Source of the DNA: Auanema rhodensis
Taxonomy: Eukaryota; Animalia; Nematoda
Assembly (NCBI GenBank): GCA_964057225.1
Contig: CAXKVF010000097.1
Coordinates: 38,189 to 102,188 of the forward strand
DNA length: 64,000 bases
Direction of reading: 5' to 3'
The translations under genes and the position numbers were made by a program. Below are positions 12,673 to 27,600 of the stretch, piece by piece; within the stretch, counting starts at the first letter, position 1; every line of letters starts with the position of its first letter. The notes below the pieces were generated by a model that was given only the letters and a program-made list of their open reading frames with translations, searched no databases and was not told the origin of the DNA.

Positions 12673-15600
12673 AGACTAATATGGACATGGGGAATCTAAT
12701 TTTGAAAACCGCATCTCTTTATCTTACACGTGAAGCGAGTTACATACCAAGTGCACATCACGTGTACATTTAATTAGCATAAATTAAAGTTCACGTAAAT
12801 TTCAAAGTCATGGTTACCATGCACCAATATCAATAAAAATTTGTTTTTAGTTTAATATGGACATGGGGAATCTAATTTTGAAAACCGCATCTCTTCATCT
12901 TTCACGTGAAGCGAGTTACATACCAAGTGCACATCACGTGTACATTTAATTAGCATAAATTAAAGTTCACGTAAATTTCAAAGTCATGGTTACCATGCAC
13001 CAATATCAATAAAAATTTGTTTTTAGACTAATATGGACATGGGGAATCTAATTTTGAAAACCGCATCTCTTTATCTTTCACGTGAAGCGAGTTACATACC
13101 AAGTGCACATCACGTGTACATTTAATTAGCATAAATTAAAGTTCACGTAAATTTCAAAGTCATGGTTACCATGAACCAATATCAATAAAAATTTGTTTTT
13201 AGACTAATATGGACATGGGGAATCTAATTTTGAAAACCGCATCTCTTTATCTTTCACGTGAAGCGAGTTACATACCAAGTGCACATCACGTGTACATTTA
13301 ATTAGCATAAATTAAAGTTCACGTAAATTTCAAAGTCATGGTTACCATGCACCAATATCAATAAAAATTTGTTTTTAAACTAATATGGACATGGGGAATC
13401 TAATTTTGAAAACCGCATTTCTTTATCTTTCACGTGAAGCGAGTTACATACCAACTGCACATCACGTGTACATTTAATTAGCATAAATTAAAGTTCACGT
13501 AAATTTCAAAGTCATGGTTACCATGCACCAATATCAATAAAAATTTGTTTGTAAACTAATATGGACATGGGGAATCTAATTTTGAAAACCGCATCTCTTT
13601 ATCTTTCACGTGAAGCGAGTTACATACCAAGTGCACATCACGTGTACATTTAATTAGCATAAATTAAAGTTCACGTAAATTTCAAAGTCATGGTTACCAT
13701 GCACCAATATCAATAAAAATTTGTTTTTAGACTAATATGGACATGGGGAATCTAATTTTGAAAACCGCATCTCTTTATCTTTCACGTGAAGCGAGTTACA
13801 TACCAAGTGCACATCACGTGTACATTTAATTAGCATAAATTAAAGTTCACGTAAATTTCAAAGTCATGGTTACCATGAACCAATATCAATAAAAATTTGT
13901 TTTTAGACTAATATGGACATGGGGAATCTAATTTTGAAAACCGCATCTCTTTATCTTTCACGTGAAGCGAGTTACATACCAAGTGCACATCACGTGTACA
14001 TTTAATTAGCATAAATTAAAGTTCACGTAAATTTCAAAGTCATGGTTACCATGAAGCAATATCAATAAAAATTTGTTTTTAGACTAATATGGACATGGGG
14101 AATCTAATTTTGAAAACCGCATCTCTTTATCTTTCACGTGAAGCGAGTTACATACCAACTGCACATCACGTGTACATTTAATTAGCATAAATTAAAGTTC
14201 ACGTAAATTTCAAAGTCATGGTTACCATGAACCAATATCAATAAAAATTTGTTTTTAGACTAATATGGACATGGGGAATCTAATTTTGAAAACCGCATCT
14301 CTTTATCTTTCACGTGAAGCGAGTTACATACCAAGTGCACATCACGTGTACATTTAATTAGCATAAATTAAAGTTCACGTAAATTTCAAAGTCATGGTTA
14401 CCATGCACCAATATCAATAAAAATTTGTTTTTAGTTTAATATGGACATGGGGAATCTAATTTTGAAAACCGCATCTCTTTATCTTTCACGTGAAGCGAGT
14501 TACATACCAAGTGCACATCACGTGTACATTTAATTAGCATAAATTAAAGTTCACGTAAATTTCAAAGTCATGGTTACCATGAACCAATATCAATAAAAAT
14601 TTGTTTTTAGACTAATATGGACATGGGGAATCTAATTTTGAAAACCGCATCTCTTTATCTTTCACGTGAAGCGAGTTACATACCAAGTGCACATCACGTG
14701 TACATTTAATTAGCATAAATTAAAGTTCACGTAAATTTCAAAGTCATGGTTACCATGAACCAATATCAATAAAAATTTGTTTTTAGACTAATATGGACAT
14801 GGGAAATCTAATTTTGAAAACCGCATCTCTTAATCTTTCACGTGAAGCGAGTTACATACCAAGTGCACATCACGTGTACATTTAATTAGCATAAATTAAA
14901 GTTCACGTAAATTTCAAAGTCATGGTTACCATGAAGCAATATCAATAAAAATTTGTTTTTAGACTAATATGGACATGGGGAATCTAATTTTGAAAACCGC
15001 ATCTCTTTATCTTTCACGTGAAGCGAGTTACATACCAAGTGCACATCACGTGTACATTTAATTAGCATAAATTAAAGTTCACGTAAATTTCAAAGTCATG
15101 GTTACCATGAAGCAATATCAATAAAAATTTCTTTTAGACTAATATGGACATGGGGAATCTAATTTTGAAAACCGTATCTCTTTATCTTTCACGTGAAGCG
15201 AGTTACATACCAAGTGCACATCACGTGTACATTTAATTAGCATAAATTAAAGTTCACGTAAATTTCAAAGTCATGGTTACCATGAAGCAATATCAATAAA
15301 AATTTCTTTTAGACTAATATGGACATGGGGAATCTAATTTTGAAAACCGTATCTCTTTATCTTTCACGTGAAGCGAGTTACATACCAAGTGCACATCACG
15401 TGTACATTTAATTAGCATAAAATAAAGTTCACGTAAATTTCAAAGTCATGGTTACCATGCACCAATATCAATAAAAATTTGTTTTTAAACTAATATGGAC
15501 ATGGGGAATCTAATTTTGAAAACCGCATCTCTTTATCTTTCACGTGAAGCGAGTTACATACCAAGTGCACATCACGTGTACATTTAATTAGCATAAATTA

Positions 15601-18600
15601 ATGTTCACGTAAATTTCAAAGTCATGGTTACCATGAACCAATATCAATAAAAATTTGTTTTTAGACTAATATGGACATGGGGAATCTAATTTTGAAAACC
15701 GCATCTCTTTATCTTTCACGTGAAGCGAGTTACATACCAAGTGCACATCACGTGTACATTTAATTAGCATAAATTAAAGTTCACGTAAATTTCAAAGTCA
15801 TGGTTACCATACACCAATATCAATAAAAATTTGTTTTTAAACTAATATGGACATGGGGAATCTAAATTTGAAAACCGCATCTCTTTATCTTTCACGTGAA
15901 GCGAGTTACATACCAAGTGCACATGACGTGTACATTTAATTAGCATAAATTAAAGTTCACGTAAATTTCAAAGTCATGGTTACCATGAAGCAATATCAAT
16001 AAAAATTTGTTTTTAAACTAATATGGACATGGGGAATCTAATTTTGAAAACCGCATCTCTTTATCTTTCACATGAAGCGAGTTACATACCAAGTGCACAT
16101 CACGTGTACATTTAATTAGCATAAATTAAAGTTCACGTAAATTTCAAAGTCATGGTTACCATGAAGCAATATCAATAAAAATTTGTTTTTAGACTAATAT
16201 GGACATGGGGAATCTAATTTTGAAAACCGCATCTCTTTATCTTTCACATGAAGCGAGTTACATACCAAGTGCACATCACGTATACATTTAATTAGCATAA
16301 ATTAAAGTTCACGTAAATTTCAAAGTCATGGTTACCATGCACCAATATCAATAAAAATTTGTTTTTAGACTAATATGGACATGGGGAATCTAATTTTGAA
16401 AACCGCATCTCTTTATCTTTCACGTGAAGCGAGTTACATACCAAGTGCACATCACGTGTACATTTAATTAGCATAAATTAAAGTTCACGTAAATTTCAAA
16501 GTCATGGTTACCATGCACCAATATCAATAAAAATTTGTTTTTAGACTAATATGGACATGGGGAATCTAATTTTGAAAACCGCATCTCTTTATCTTTCACG
16601 TGAAGCGAGTTACATACCAAGTGCACATCACGTGTACATTTAATTAGCATAAATTAAAGTTCACGTAAATTTCAAAGTCATGGTTACCATGAACCAATAT
16701 CAATAAAAATTTGTTTTTAGACTAATATGGACATGGGGAATCTAATTTTGAAAACCGCATCTCTTTATCTTTCACGTGAAGCGAGTTACATACCAAGTGC
16801 ACATCACGTGTACATTTAATTAGCATAAATTAAAGTTCACGTAAATTTCAAAGTCATGGTTACCATGAAGCAATATCAATAAAAATTTGTTTTTAGACTA
16901 ATATGGACATGGGGAATCTAATTTTGAAAACCGCATCTCTTTATCTTTCACGTGAAGCGAGTTACATACCAAGTGCACATCACGTGTACATTTAATTAGC
17001 ATAAATTAAAGTTCACGTAAATTTCAAAGTCATGGTTACCATGAAGCAATATCAATAAAAATTTGTTTTTAGACTAATATGGACATGGGGGATCTAATTT
17101 TGAAAACCGCATCTCTTTATCTTTCACGTGAAGCGAGTTACATACCAAGTGCACATCACGTGTACATTTAATTAGCATAAATTAAAGTTCACGTAAATTT
17201 CAAAGTCATGGTTACCATGCACCAATATCAATAAAAATTTGTTTTTAGACTAATATGGACATGGGGGATCTAATTTTGAAAACCGCATCTCTTTATCTTT
17301 CACGTGAAGCGAGTTACATACCAAGTGCACATCACGTGTACATTTAATTAGCATAAATTAAAGTTCACGTAAATTTCAATGTCATGGTTACCATGAACCA
17401 ATATCAATAAAAATTTGTTTTTAAACTAATATGGACATGGGGAATCTAAATTTGAAAACCGCATCTCTTTATCTTTCACGTGAAGCGAGTTACATACCAA
17501 GTGCACATCACGTGTACATTTAATTAGCATAAATTAAAGTTCACGTAAATTTCAAAGTCATGGTTACCATGCACCAATATCAATAAAAATTTGTTTTTAG
17601 TTTAATATGGACATGGGGAATCTAATTTTGAAAACCGCATCTCTTCATCTTTCACGTGAAGCGAGTTACATACCAAGTGCACATCACGTGTACATTTAAT
17701 TAGCATAAATTAAAGTTCACGTAAATTTCAAAGTCATGGTTACCATGCACCAATATCAATAAAAATTTGTTTTTAGACTAATATGGACATGGGGAATCTA
17801 ATTTTGAAAACCGTATCTCTTTATCTTTCACGTGAAGCGAGTTACATACCAAGTGCACATCACGTGTACATTTAATTAGCATAAATTAAAGTTCACGTAA
17901 ATTTCAAAGTCATGGTTACCATGCACCAATATCAATAAAAATTTGTTTTTAAACTAATATGGACATGGGGAATCTAATTTTGAAAACCGCATCTCTTTAT
18001 CTTTCACGTGAAGCGAGTTACATACCAAGTGCACATCACGTGTACATTTAATTAGCATAAATTAAAGTTCACGTAAATTTCAAAGTCATGGTTACCATGA
18101 ACCAATATCAATAAAAATTTGTTTTTAGACTAATATGGACATGGGGAATCTAATTTTGAAAACCGCATCTCTTTATCTTTCACGTGAAGCGAGTTACATA
18201 CCAAGTGCACATCACGTGTACATTTAATTAGCATAAATTAAAGTTCACGTAAATTTCAAAGTCATGGTTACCATGAACCAATATCAATAAAAATTTGTTT
18301 TTAGACTAATATGGACATGGGAAATCTAATTTTGAAAACCGCATCTCTTAATCTTTCACGTGAAGCGAGTTACATACCAAGTGCACATCACGTGTACATT
18401 TAATTAGCATAAATTAAAGTTCACGTAAATTTCAAAGTCATGGTTACCATGAAGCAATATCAATAAAAATTTGTTTTTAGACTAATATGGACATGGGGAA
18501 TCTAATTTTGAAAACCGCATCTCTTTATCTTTCACGTGAAGCGAGTTACATACCAAGTGCACATCACGTGTACATTTAATTAGCATAAATTAAAGTTCAC

Positions 18601-21600
18601 GTAAATTTCAAAGTCATGGTTACCATGAAGCAATATCAATAAAAATTTCTTTTAGACTAATATGGACATGGGGAATCTAATTTTGAAAACCGCATCTCTT
18701 TATCTTTCACGTGAAGCGAGTTACATACCAAGTGCACATCACGTGTACATTTAATTAGCATAAATTAAAGTTCACGTTAATTTCAAAGTCATGGTTACCA
18801 TGAACCAATATCAATAAAAATTTGTTTTTAGACTAATATGGACATGGGAAATCTAATTTTGAAAACCGCATCTCTTTATCTTTCACGTGAAGCGAGTTAC
18901 ATACCAAGTGCACATCACGTGTACATTTAATTAGCATAAATTAAAGTTCACGTAAATTTCAAAGTCATGGTTACCATGAAGCAATATCAATAAAAATTTG
19001 TTTTTAGACTAAAATGGACATGGGGAATCTAATTTTGAAAACCGCATCTCTTTATCTTTCACGTGAAGCGAGTTACATACCAAGTGCACATCACGTGTAC
19101 ATTTAATTAGCATAAATTAAAGTTCACGTAAATTTCAAAGTCATGGTTACCATGCACCAATATCAATAAAAATTTGTTTTTAGACTAATATGGACATGGG
19201 GGATCTAATTTTGAAAACCGCATCTCTTTATCTTTCACGTGAAGCGAGTTACATACCAAGTGCACATCACGTGTACATTTAATTAGCATAAATTAAAGTT
19301 CACGTAAATTTCAAAGTCATGGTTACCATGAACCAATATCAATAAAAATTTGTTTTTAGACTAATATGGACATGGGGAATCTAATTTTGAAAACCGCATC
19401 TCTTTATCTTTCACGTGAAGCGAGTTACATACCAAGTGCACATCACGTGTACATTTAATTAGCATAAATTAAAGTTCACGTAAATTTCAAAGTCATGGTT
19501 ACCATGAAGCAATATCAATAAAAATTTGTTTTTAGACTAATATGGACATGGGGAATCTAATTTTGAAAACCGCATCTCTTTATCTTACACGTGAAGCGAG
19601 TTACATACCAAGTGCACATCACGTGTACATTTAATTAGCATAAATTAAAGTTCACGTAAATTTCAAAGTCATGGTTACCATGCACCAATATCAATAAAAA
19701 TTTGTTTTTAGTTTAATATGGACATGGGGAATCTAATTTTGAAAACCGCATCTCTTCATCTTTCACGTGAAGCGAGTTACATACCAAGTGCACATCACGT
19801 GTACATTTAATTAGCATAAATTAAAGTTCACGTAAATTTCAAAGTCATGGTTACCATGCACCAATATCAATAAAAATTTGTTTTTAGACTAATATGGACA
19901 GGGGGGATCTAATTTTGAAAACCGCATCTCTTTATCTTTCACGTGAAGCGAGTTACATACCAAGTGCACATCACGTGTACATTTAATTAGCATAAATTAA
20001 AGTTCACGTAAATTTCAAAGTCATGGTTACCATGCACCAATATCAATAAAAATTTGTTTTTAGACTAATATGGACATGGGGGATCTAATTTTGAAAACCG
20101 CATCTCTTTATCTTTCACGTGAAGCGAGTTACATACCAAGTGCACATCACGTGTACATTTAATTAGCATAAATTAAAGTTCACGTAAATTTCAATGTCAT
20201 GGTTACCATGAACCAATATCAATAAAAATTTGTTTTTAGACTAATATGGACATGGGGAATCTAATTTTGAAAACCGCATCTCTTTATCTTTCACGTGAAG
20301 CGAGTTACATACCAAGTGCACATCACGTGTACATTTAATTAGCATAAATTAAAGTTCACGTAAATTTCAAAGTCATGGTTACCATGAAGCAATATCAATA
20401 AAAATTTGTTTTTAGACTAATATGGACATGGGGAATCTAATTTTGAAAACCGCATCTCTTTATCTTACACGTGAAGCGAGTTACATACCAAGTGCACATC
20501 ACGTGTACATTTAATTAGCATAAATTAAAGTTCACGTAAATTTCAAAGTCATGGTTACCATGAACCAATATCAATAAAAATTTGTTTTTAGACTAATATG
20601 GACATGGGGAATCTAATTTTGAAAACCGCATCTCTTTATCTTTCACGTGAAGCGAGTTACATACCAAGTGCACATCACGTGTACATTTAATTAGCATAAA
20701 TTAAAGTTCACGTAAATTTCAAAGTCATGGTTACCATGAAGCAATATCAATAAAAATTTGTTTTTAGACTAATATGGACATGGGGAATCTAATTTTGAAA
20801 ACCGCATCTCTTTATCTTACACGTGAAGCGAGTTACATACCAAGTGCACATCACGTGTACATTTAATTAGCATAAATTAAAGTTCACGTAAATTTCAAAG
20901 TCATGGTTACCATGCACCAATATCAATAAAAATTTGTTTTTAGTTTAATATGGACATGGGGAATCTAATTTTGAAAACCGCATCTCTTCATCTTTCACGT
21001 GAAGCGAGTTACATACCAAGTGCACATCACGTGTACATTTAATTAGCATAAATTAAAGTTCACGTAAATTTCAAAGTCATGGTTACCATGCACCAATATC
21101 AATAAAAATTTGTTTTTAGACTAATATGGACAGGGGGGATCTAATTTTGAAAACCGCATCTCTTTATCTTTCACGTGAAGCGAGTTACATACCAAGTGCA
21201 CATCACGTGTACATTTAATTAGCATAAATTAAAGTTCACGTAAATTTCAAAGTCATGGTTACCATGCACCAATATCAATAAAAATTTGTTTTTAGACTAA
21301 TATGGACATGGGGGATCTAATTTTGAAAACCGCATCTCTTTATCTTTCACGTGAAGCGAGTTACATACCAAGTGCACATCACGTGTACATTTAATTAGCA
21401 TAAATTAAAGTTCACGTAAATTTCAATGTCATGGTTACCATGAACCAATATCAATAAAAATTTGTTTTTAGACTAATATGGACATGGGGAATCTAATTTT
21501 GAAAACCGCATCTCTTTATCTTTCACGTGAAGCGAGTTACATACCAAGTGCACATCACGTGTACATTTAATTAGCATAAATTAAAGTTCACGTAAATTTC

Positions 21601-24600
21601 AAAGTCATGGTTACCATGCACCAATATCAATAAAAATTTGTTTTTAGTTTAATATGGACATGGGGAATCTAATTTTGAAAACCGCATCTCTTCATCTTTC
21701 ACGTGAAGCGAGTTACATACCAAGTGCACATCACGTGTACATTTAATTAGCATAAATTAAAGTTCACGTAAATTTCAAAGTCATGGTTACCATGAACCAA
21801 TATCAATAAAAATTTGTTTTTAGACTAATATGGACATGGGGAATCTAATTTTGAAAACCGCATCTCTTTATCTTACACGTGAAGCGAGTTACATACCAAG
21901 TGCACATCACGTGTACATTTAATTAGCATAAATTAAAGTTCACGTAAATTTCAAAGTCATGGTTACCATGCACCAATATCAATAAAAATTTGTTTTTAGT
22001 TTAATATGGACATGGGGAATCTAATTTTGAAAACCGCATCTCTTCATCTTTCACGTGAAGCGAGTTACATACCAAGTGCACATCACGTGTACATTTAATT
22101 AGCATAAATTAAAGTTCACGTAAATTTCAAAGTCATGGTTACCATGCACCAATATCAATAAAAATTTGTTTTTAGACTAATATGGACATGGGGAATCTAA
22201 TTTTGAAAACCGCATCTCTTTATCTTTCACGTGAAGCGAGTTACATACCAAGTGCACATCACGTGTACATTTAATTAGCATAAATTAAAGTTCACGTAAA
22301 TTTCAAAGTCATGGTTACCATGAACCAATATCAATAAAAATTTGTTTTTAGACTAATATGGACATGGGGAATCTAATTTTGAAAACCGCATCTCTTTATC
22401 TTTCACGTGAAGCGAGTTACATACCAAGTGCACATCACGTGTACATTTAATTAGCATAAATTAAAGTTCACGTAAATTTCAAAGTCATGGTTACCATGCA
22501 CCAATATCAATAAAAATTTGTTTTTAAACTAATATGGACATGGGGAATCTAATTTTGAAAACCGCATTTCTTTATCTTTCACGTGAAGCGAGTTACATAC
22601 CAACTGCACATCACGTGTACATTTAATTAGCATAAATTAAAGTTCACGTAAATTTCAAAGTCATGGTTACCATGCACCAATATCAATAAAAATCTGTTTG
22701 TAAACTAATATGGACATGGGGAATCTAATTTTGAAAACCGCATCTCTTTATCTTTCACGTGAAGCGAGTTACATACCAAGTGCACATCACGTGTACATTT
22801 AATTAGCATAAATTAAAGTTCACGTAAATTTCAAAGTCATGGTTACCATGCACCAATATCAATAAAAATTTGTTTTTAGACTAATATGGACATGGGGAAT
22901 CTAATTTTGAAAACCGCATCTCTTTATCTTTCACGTGAAGCGAGTTACATACCAAGTGCACATCACGTGTACATTTAATTAGCATAAATTAAAGTTCACG
23001 TAAATTTCAAAGTCATGGTTACCATGAACCAATATCAATAAAAATTTGTTTTTAGACTAATATGGACATGGGGAATCTAATTTTGAAAACCGCATCTCTT
23101 TATCTTTCACGTGAAGCGAGTTACATACCAAGTGCACATCACGTGTACATTTAATTAGCATAAATTAAAGTTCACGTAAATTTCAAAGTCATGGTTACCA
23201 TGAAGCAATATCAATAAAAATTTGTTTTTAGACTAATATGGACATGGGGAATCTAATTTTGAAAACCGCATCTCTTTATCTTTCACGTGAAGCGAGTTAC
23301 ATACCAACTGCACATCACGTGTACATTTAATTAGCATAAATTAAAGTTCACGTAAATTTCAAAGTCATGGTTACCATGAACCAATATCAATAAAAATTTA
23401 TTTTTAGACTAATATGGACATGGGGAATCTAATTTTGAAAACCGCATCTCTTTATCTTTCACGTGAAGCGAGTTACATACCAAGTGCACATCACGTGTAC
23501 ATTTAATTAGCATAAATTAAAGTTCACGTAAATTTCAAAGTCATGGTTACCATGCACCAATATCAATAAAAATTTGTTTTTAGTTTAATATGGACATGGG
23601 GAATCTAATTTTGAAAACCGCATCTCTTTATCTTTCACGTGAAGCGAGTTACATACCAAGTGCACATCACGTGTACATTTAATTAGCATAAATTAAAGTT
23701 CACGTAAATTTCAAAGTCATGGTTACCATGAACCAATATCAATAAAAATTTGTTTTTAGACTAATATGGACATGGGGAATCTAATTTTGAAAACCGCATC
23801 TCTTTATCTTTCACGTGAAGCGAGTTACATACCAAGTGCACATCACGTGTACATTTAATTAGCATAAATTAAAGTTCACGTAAATTTCAAAGTCATGGTT
23901 ACCATGAACCAATATCAATAAAAATTTGTTTTTAGACTAATATGGACATGGGAAATCTAATTTTGAAAACCGCATCTCTTAATCTTTCACGTGAAGCGAG
24001 TTACATACCAAGTGCACATCACGTGTACATTTAATTAGCATAAATTAAAGTTCACGTAAATTTCAAAGTCATGGTTACCATGAAGCAATATCAATAAAAA
24101 TTTGTTTTTAGACTAATATGGACATGGGGAATCTAATTTTGAAAACCGCATCTCTTTATCTTTCACGTGAAGCGAGTTACATACCAAGTGCACATCACGT
24201 GTACATTTAATTAGCATAAATTAAAGTTCACGTAAATTTCAAAGTCATGGTTACCATGAAGCAATATCAATAAAAATTTCTTTTAGACTAATATGGACAT
24301 GGGGAATCTAATTTTGAAAACCGTATCTCTTTATCTTTCACGTGAAGCGAGTTACATACCAAGTGCACATCACGTGTACATTTAATTAGCATAAATTAAA
24401 GTTCACGTAAATTTCAAAGTCATGGTTACCATGAAGCAATATCAATAAAAATTTCTTTTAGACTAATATGGACATGGGGAATCTAATTTTGAAAACCGTA
24501 TCTCTTTATCTTTCACGTGAAGCGAGTTACATACCAAGTGCACATCACGTGTACATTTAATTAGCATAAAATAAAGTTCACGTAAATTTCAAAGTCATGG

Positions 24601-27600
24601 TTACCATGCACCAATATCAATAAAAATTTGTTTTTAAACTAATATGGACATGGGGAATCTAATTTTGAAAACCGCATCTCTTTATCTTTCACGTGAAGCG
24701 AGTTACATACCAAGTGCACATCACGTGTACATTTAATTAGCATAAATTAATGTTCACGTAAATTTCAAAGTCATGGTTACCATGAACCAATATCAATAAA
24801 AATTTGTTTTTAGACTAATATGGACATGGGGAATCTAATTTTGAAAACCGCATCTCTTTATCTTTCACGTGAAGCGAGTTACATACCAAGTGCACATCAC
24901 GTGTACATTTAATTAGCATAAATTAAAGTTCACGTAAATTTCAAAGTCATGGTTACCATACACCAATATCAATAAAAATTTGTTTTTAAACTAATATGGA
25001 CATGGGGAATCTAAATTTGAAAACCGCATCTCTTTATCTTTCACGTGAAGCGAGTTACATACCAAGTGCACATGACGTGTACATTTAATTAGCATAAATT
25101 AAAGTTCACGTAAATTTCAAAGTCATGGTTACCATGAAGCAATATCAATAAAAATTTGTTTTTAAACTAATATGGACATGGGGAATCTAATTTTGAAAAC
25201 CGCATCTCTTTATCTTTCACATGAAGCGAGTTACATACCAAGTGCACATCACGTGTACATTTAATTAGCATAAATTAAAGTTCACGTAAATTTCAAAGTC
25301 ATGGTTACCATGAAGCAATATCAATAAAAATTTGTTTTTAGACTAATATGGACATGGGGAATCTAATTTTGAAAACCGCATCTCTTTATCTTTCACATGA
25401 AGCGAGTTACATACCAAGTGCACATCACGTATACATTTAATTAGCATAAATTAAAGTTCACGTAAATTTCAAAGTCATGGTTACCATGCACCAATATCAA
25501 TAAAAATTTGTTTTTAGACTAATATGGACATGGGGAATCTAATTTTGAAAACCGCATCTCTTTATCTTTCACGTGAAGCGAGTTACATACCAAGTGCACA
25601 TCACGTGTACATTTAATTAGCATAAATTAAAGTTCACGTAAATTTCAAAGTCATGGTTACCATGCACCAATATCAATAAAAATTTGTTTTTAGACTAATA
25701 TGGACATGGGGAATCTAATTTTGAAAACCGCATCTCTTTATCTTTCACGTGAAGCGAGTTACATACCAAGTGCACATCACGTGTACATTTAATTAGCATA
25801 AATTAAAGTTCACGTAAATTTCAAAGTCATGGTTACCATGAACCAATATCAATAAAAATTTGTTTTTAGACTAATATGGACATGGGGAATCTAATTTTGA
25901 AAACCGCATCTCTTTATCTTTCACGTGAAGCGAGTTACATACCAAGTGCACATCACGTGTACATTTAATTAGCATAAATTAAAGTTCACGTAAATTTCAA
26001 AGTCATGGTTACCATGAAGCAATATCAATAAAAATTTGTTTTTAGACTAATATGGACATGGGGAATCTAATTTTGAAAACCGCATCTCTTTATCTTTCAC
26101 GTGAAGCGAGTTACATACCAAGTGCACATCACGTGTACATTTAATTAGCATAAATTAAAGTTCACGTAAATTTCAAAGTCATGGTTACCATGAAGCAATA
26201 TCAATAAAAATTTGTTTTTAGACTAATATGGACATGGGGGATCTAATTTTGAAAACCGCATCTCTTTATCTTTCACGTGAAGCGAGTTACATACCAAGTG
26301 CACATCACGTGTACATTTAATTAGCATAAATTAAAGTTCACGTAAATTTCAAAGTCATGGTTACCATGCACCAATATCAATAAAAATTTGTTTTTAGACT
26401 AATATGGACATGGGGGATCTAATTTTGAAAACCGCATCTCTTTATCTTTCACGTGAAGCGAGTTACATACCAAGTGCACATCACGTGTACATTTAATTAG
26501 CATAAATTAAAGTTCACGTAAATTTCAATGTCATGGTTACCATGAACCAATATCAATAAAAATTTGTTTTTAAACTAATATGGACATGGGGAATCTAAAT
26601 TTGAAAACCGCATCTCTTTATCTTTCACGTGAAGCGAGTTACATACCAAGTGCACATCACGTGTACATTTAATTAGCATAAATTAAAGTTCACGTAAATT
26701 TCAAAGTCATGGTTACCATGCACCAATATCAATAAAAATTTGTTTTTAGTTTAATATGGACATGGGGAATCTAATTTTGAAAACCGCATCTCTTCATCTT
26801 TCACGTGAAGCGAGTTACATACCAAGTGCACATCACGTGTACATTTAATTAGCATAAATTAAAGTTCACGTAAATTTCAAAGTCATGGTTACCATGCACC
26901 AATATCAATAAAAATTTGTTTTTAGACTAATATGGACATGGGGAATCTAATTTTGAAAACCGTATCTCTTTATCTTTCACGTGAAGCGAGTTACATACCA
27001 AGTGCACATCACGTGTACATTTAATTAGCATAAATTAAAGTTCACGTAAATTTCAAAGTCATGGTTACCATGCACCAATATCAATAAAAATTTGTTTTTA
27101 AACTAATATGGACATGGGGAATCTAATTTTGAAAACCGCATCTCTTTATCTTTCACGTGAAGCGAGTTACATACCAAGTGCACATCACGTGTACATTTAA
27201 TTAGCATAAATTAAAGTTCACGTAAATTTCAAAGTCATGGTTACCATGAACCAATATCAATAAAAATTTGTTTTTAGACTAATATGGACATGGGGAATCT
27301 AATTTTGAAAACCGCATCTCTTTATCTTTCACGTGAAGCGAGTTACATACCAAGTGCACATCACGTGTACATTTAATTAGCATAAATTAAAGTTCACGTA
27401 AATTTCAAAGTCATGGTTACCATGAACCAATATCAATAAAAATTTGTTTTTAGACTAATATGGACATGGGAAATCTAATTTTGAAAACCGCATCTCTTAA
27501 TCTTTCACGTGAAGCGAGTTACATACCAAGTGCACATCACGTGTACATTTAATTAGCATAAATTAAAGTTCACGTAAATTTCAAAGTCATGGTTACCATG

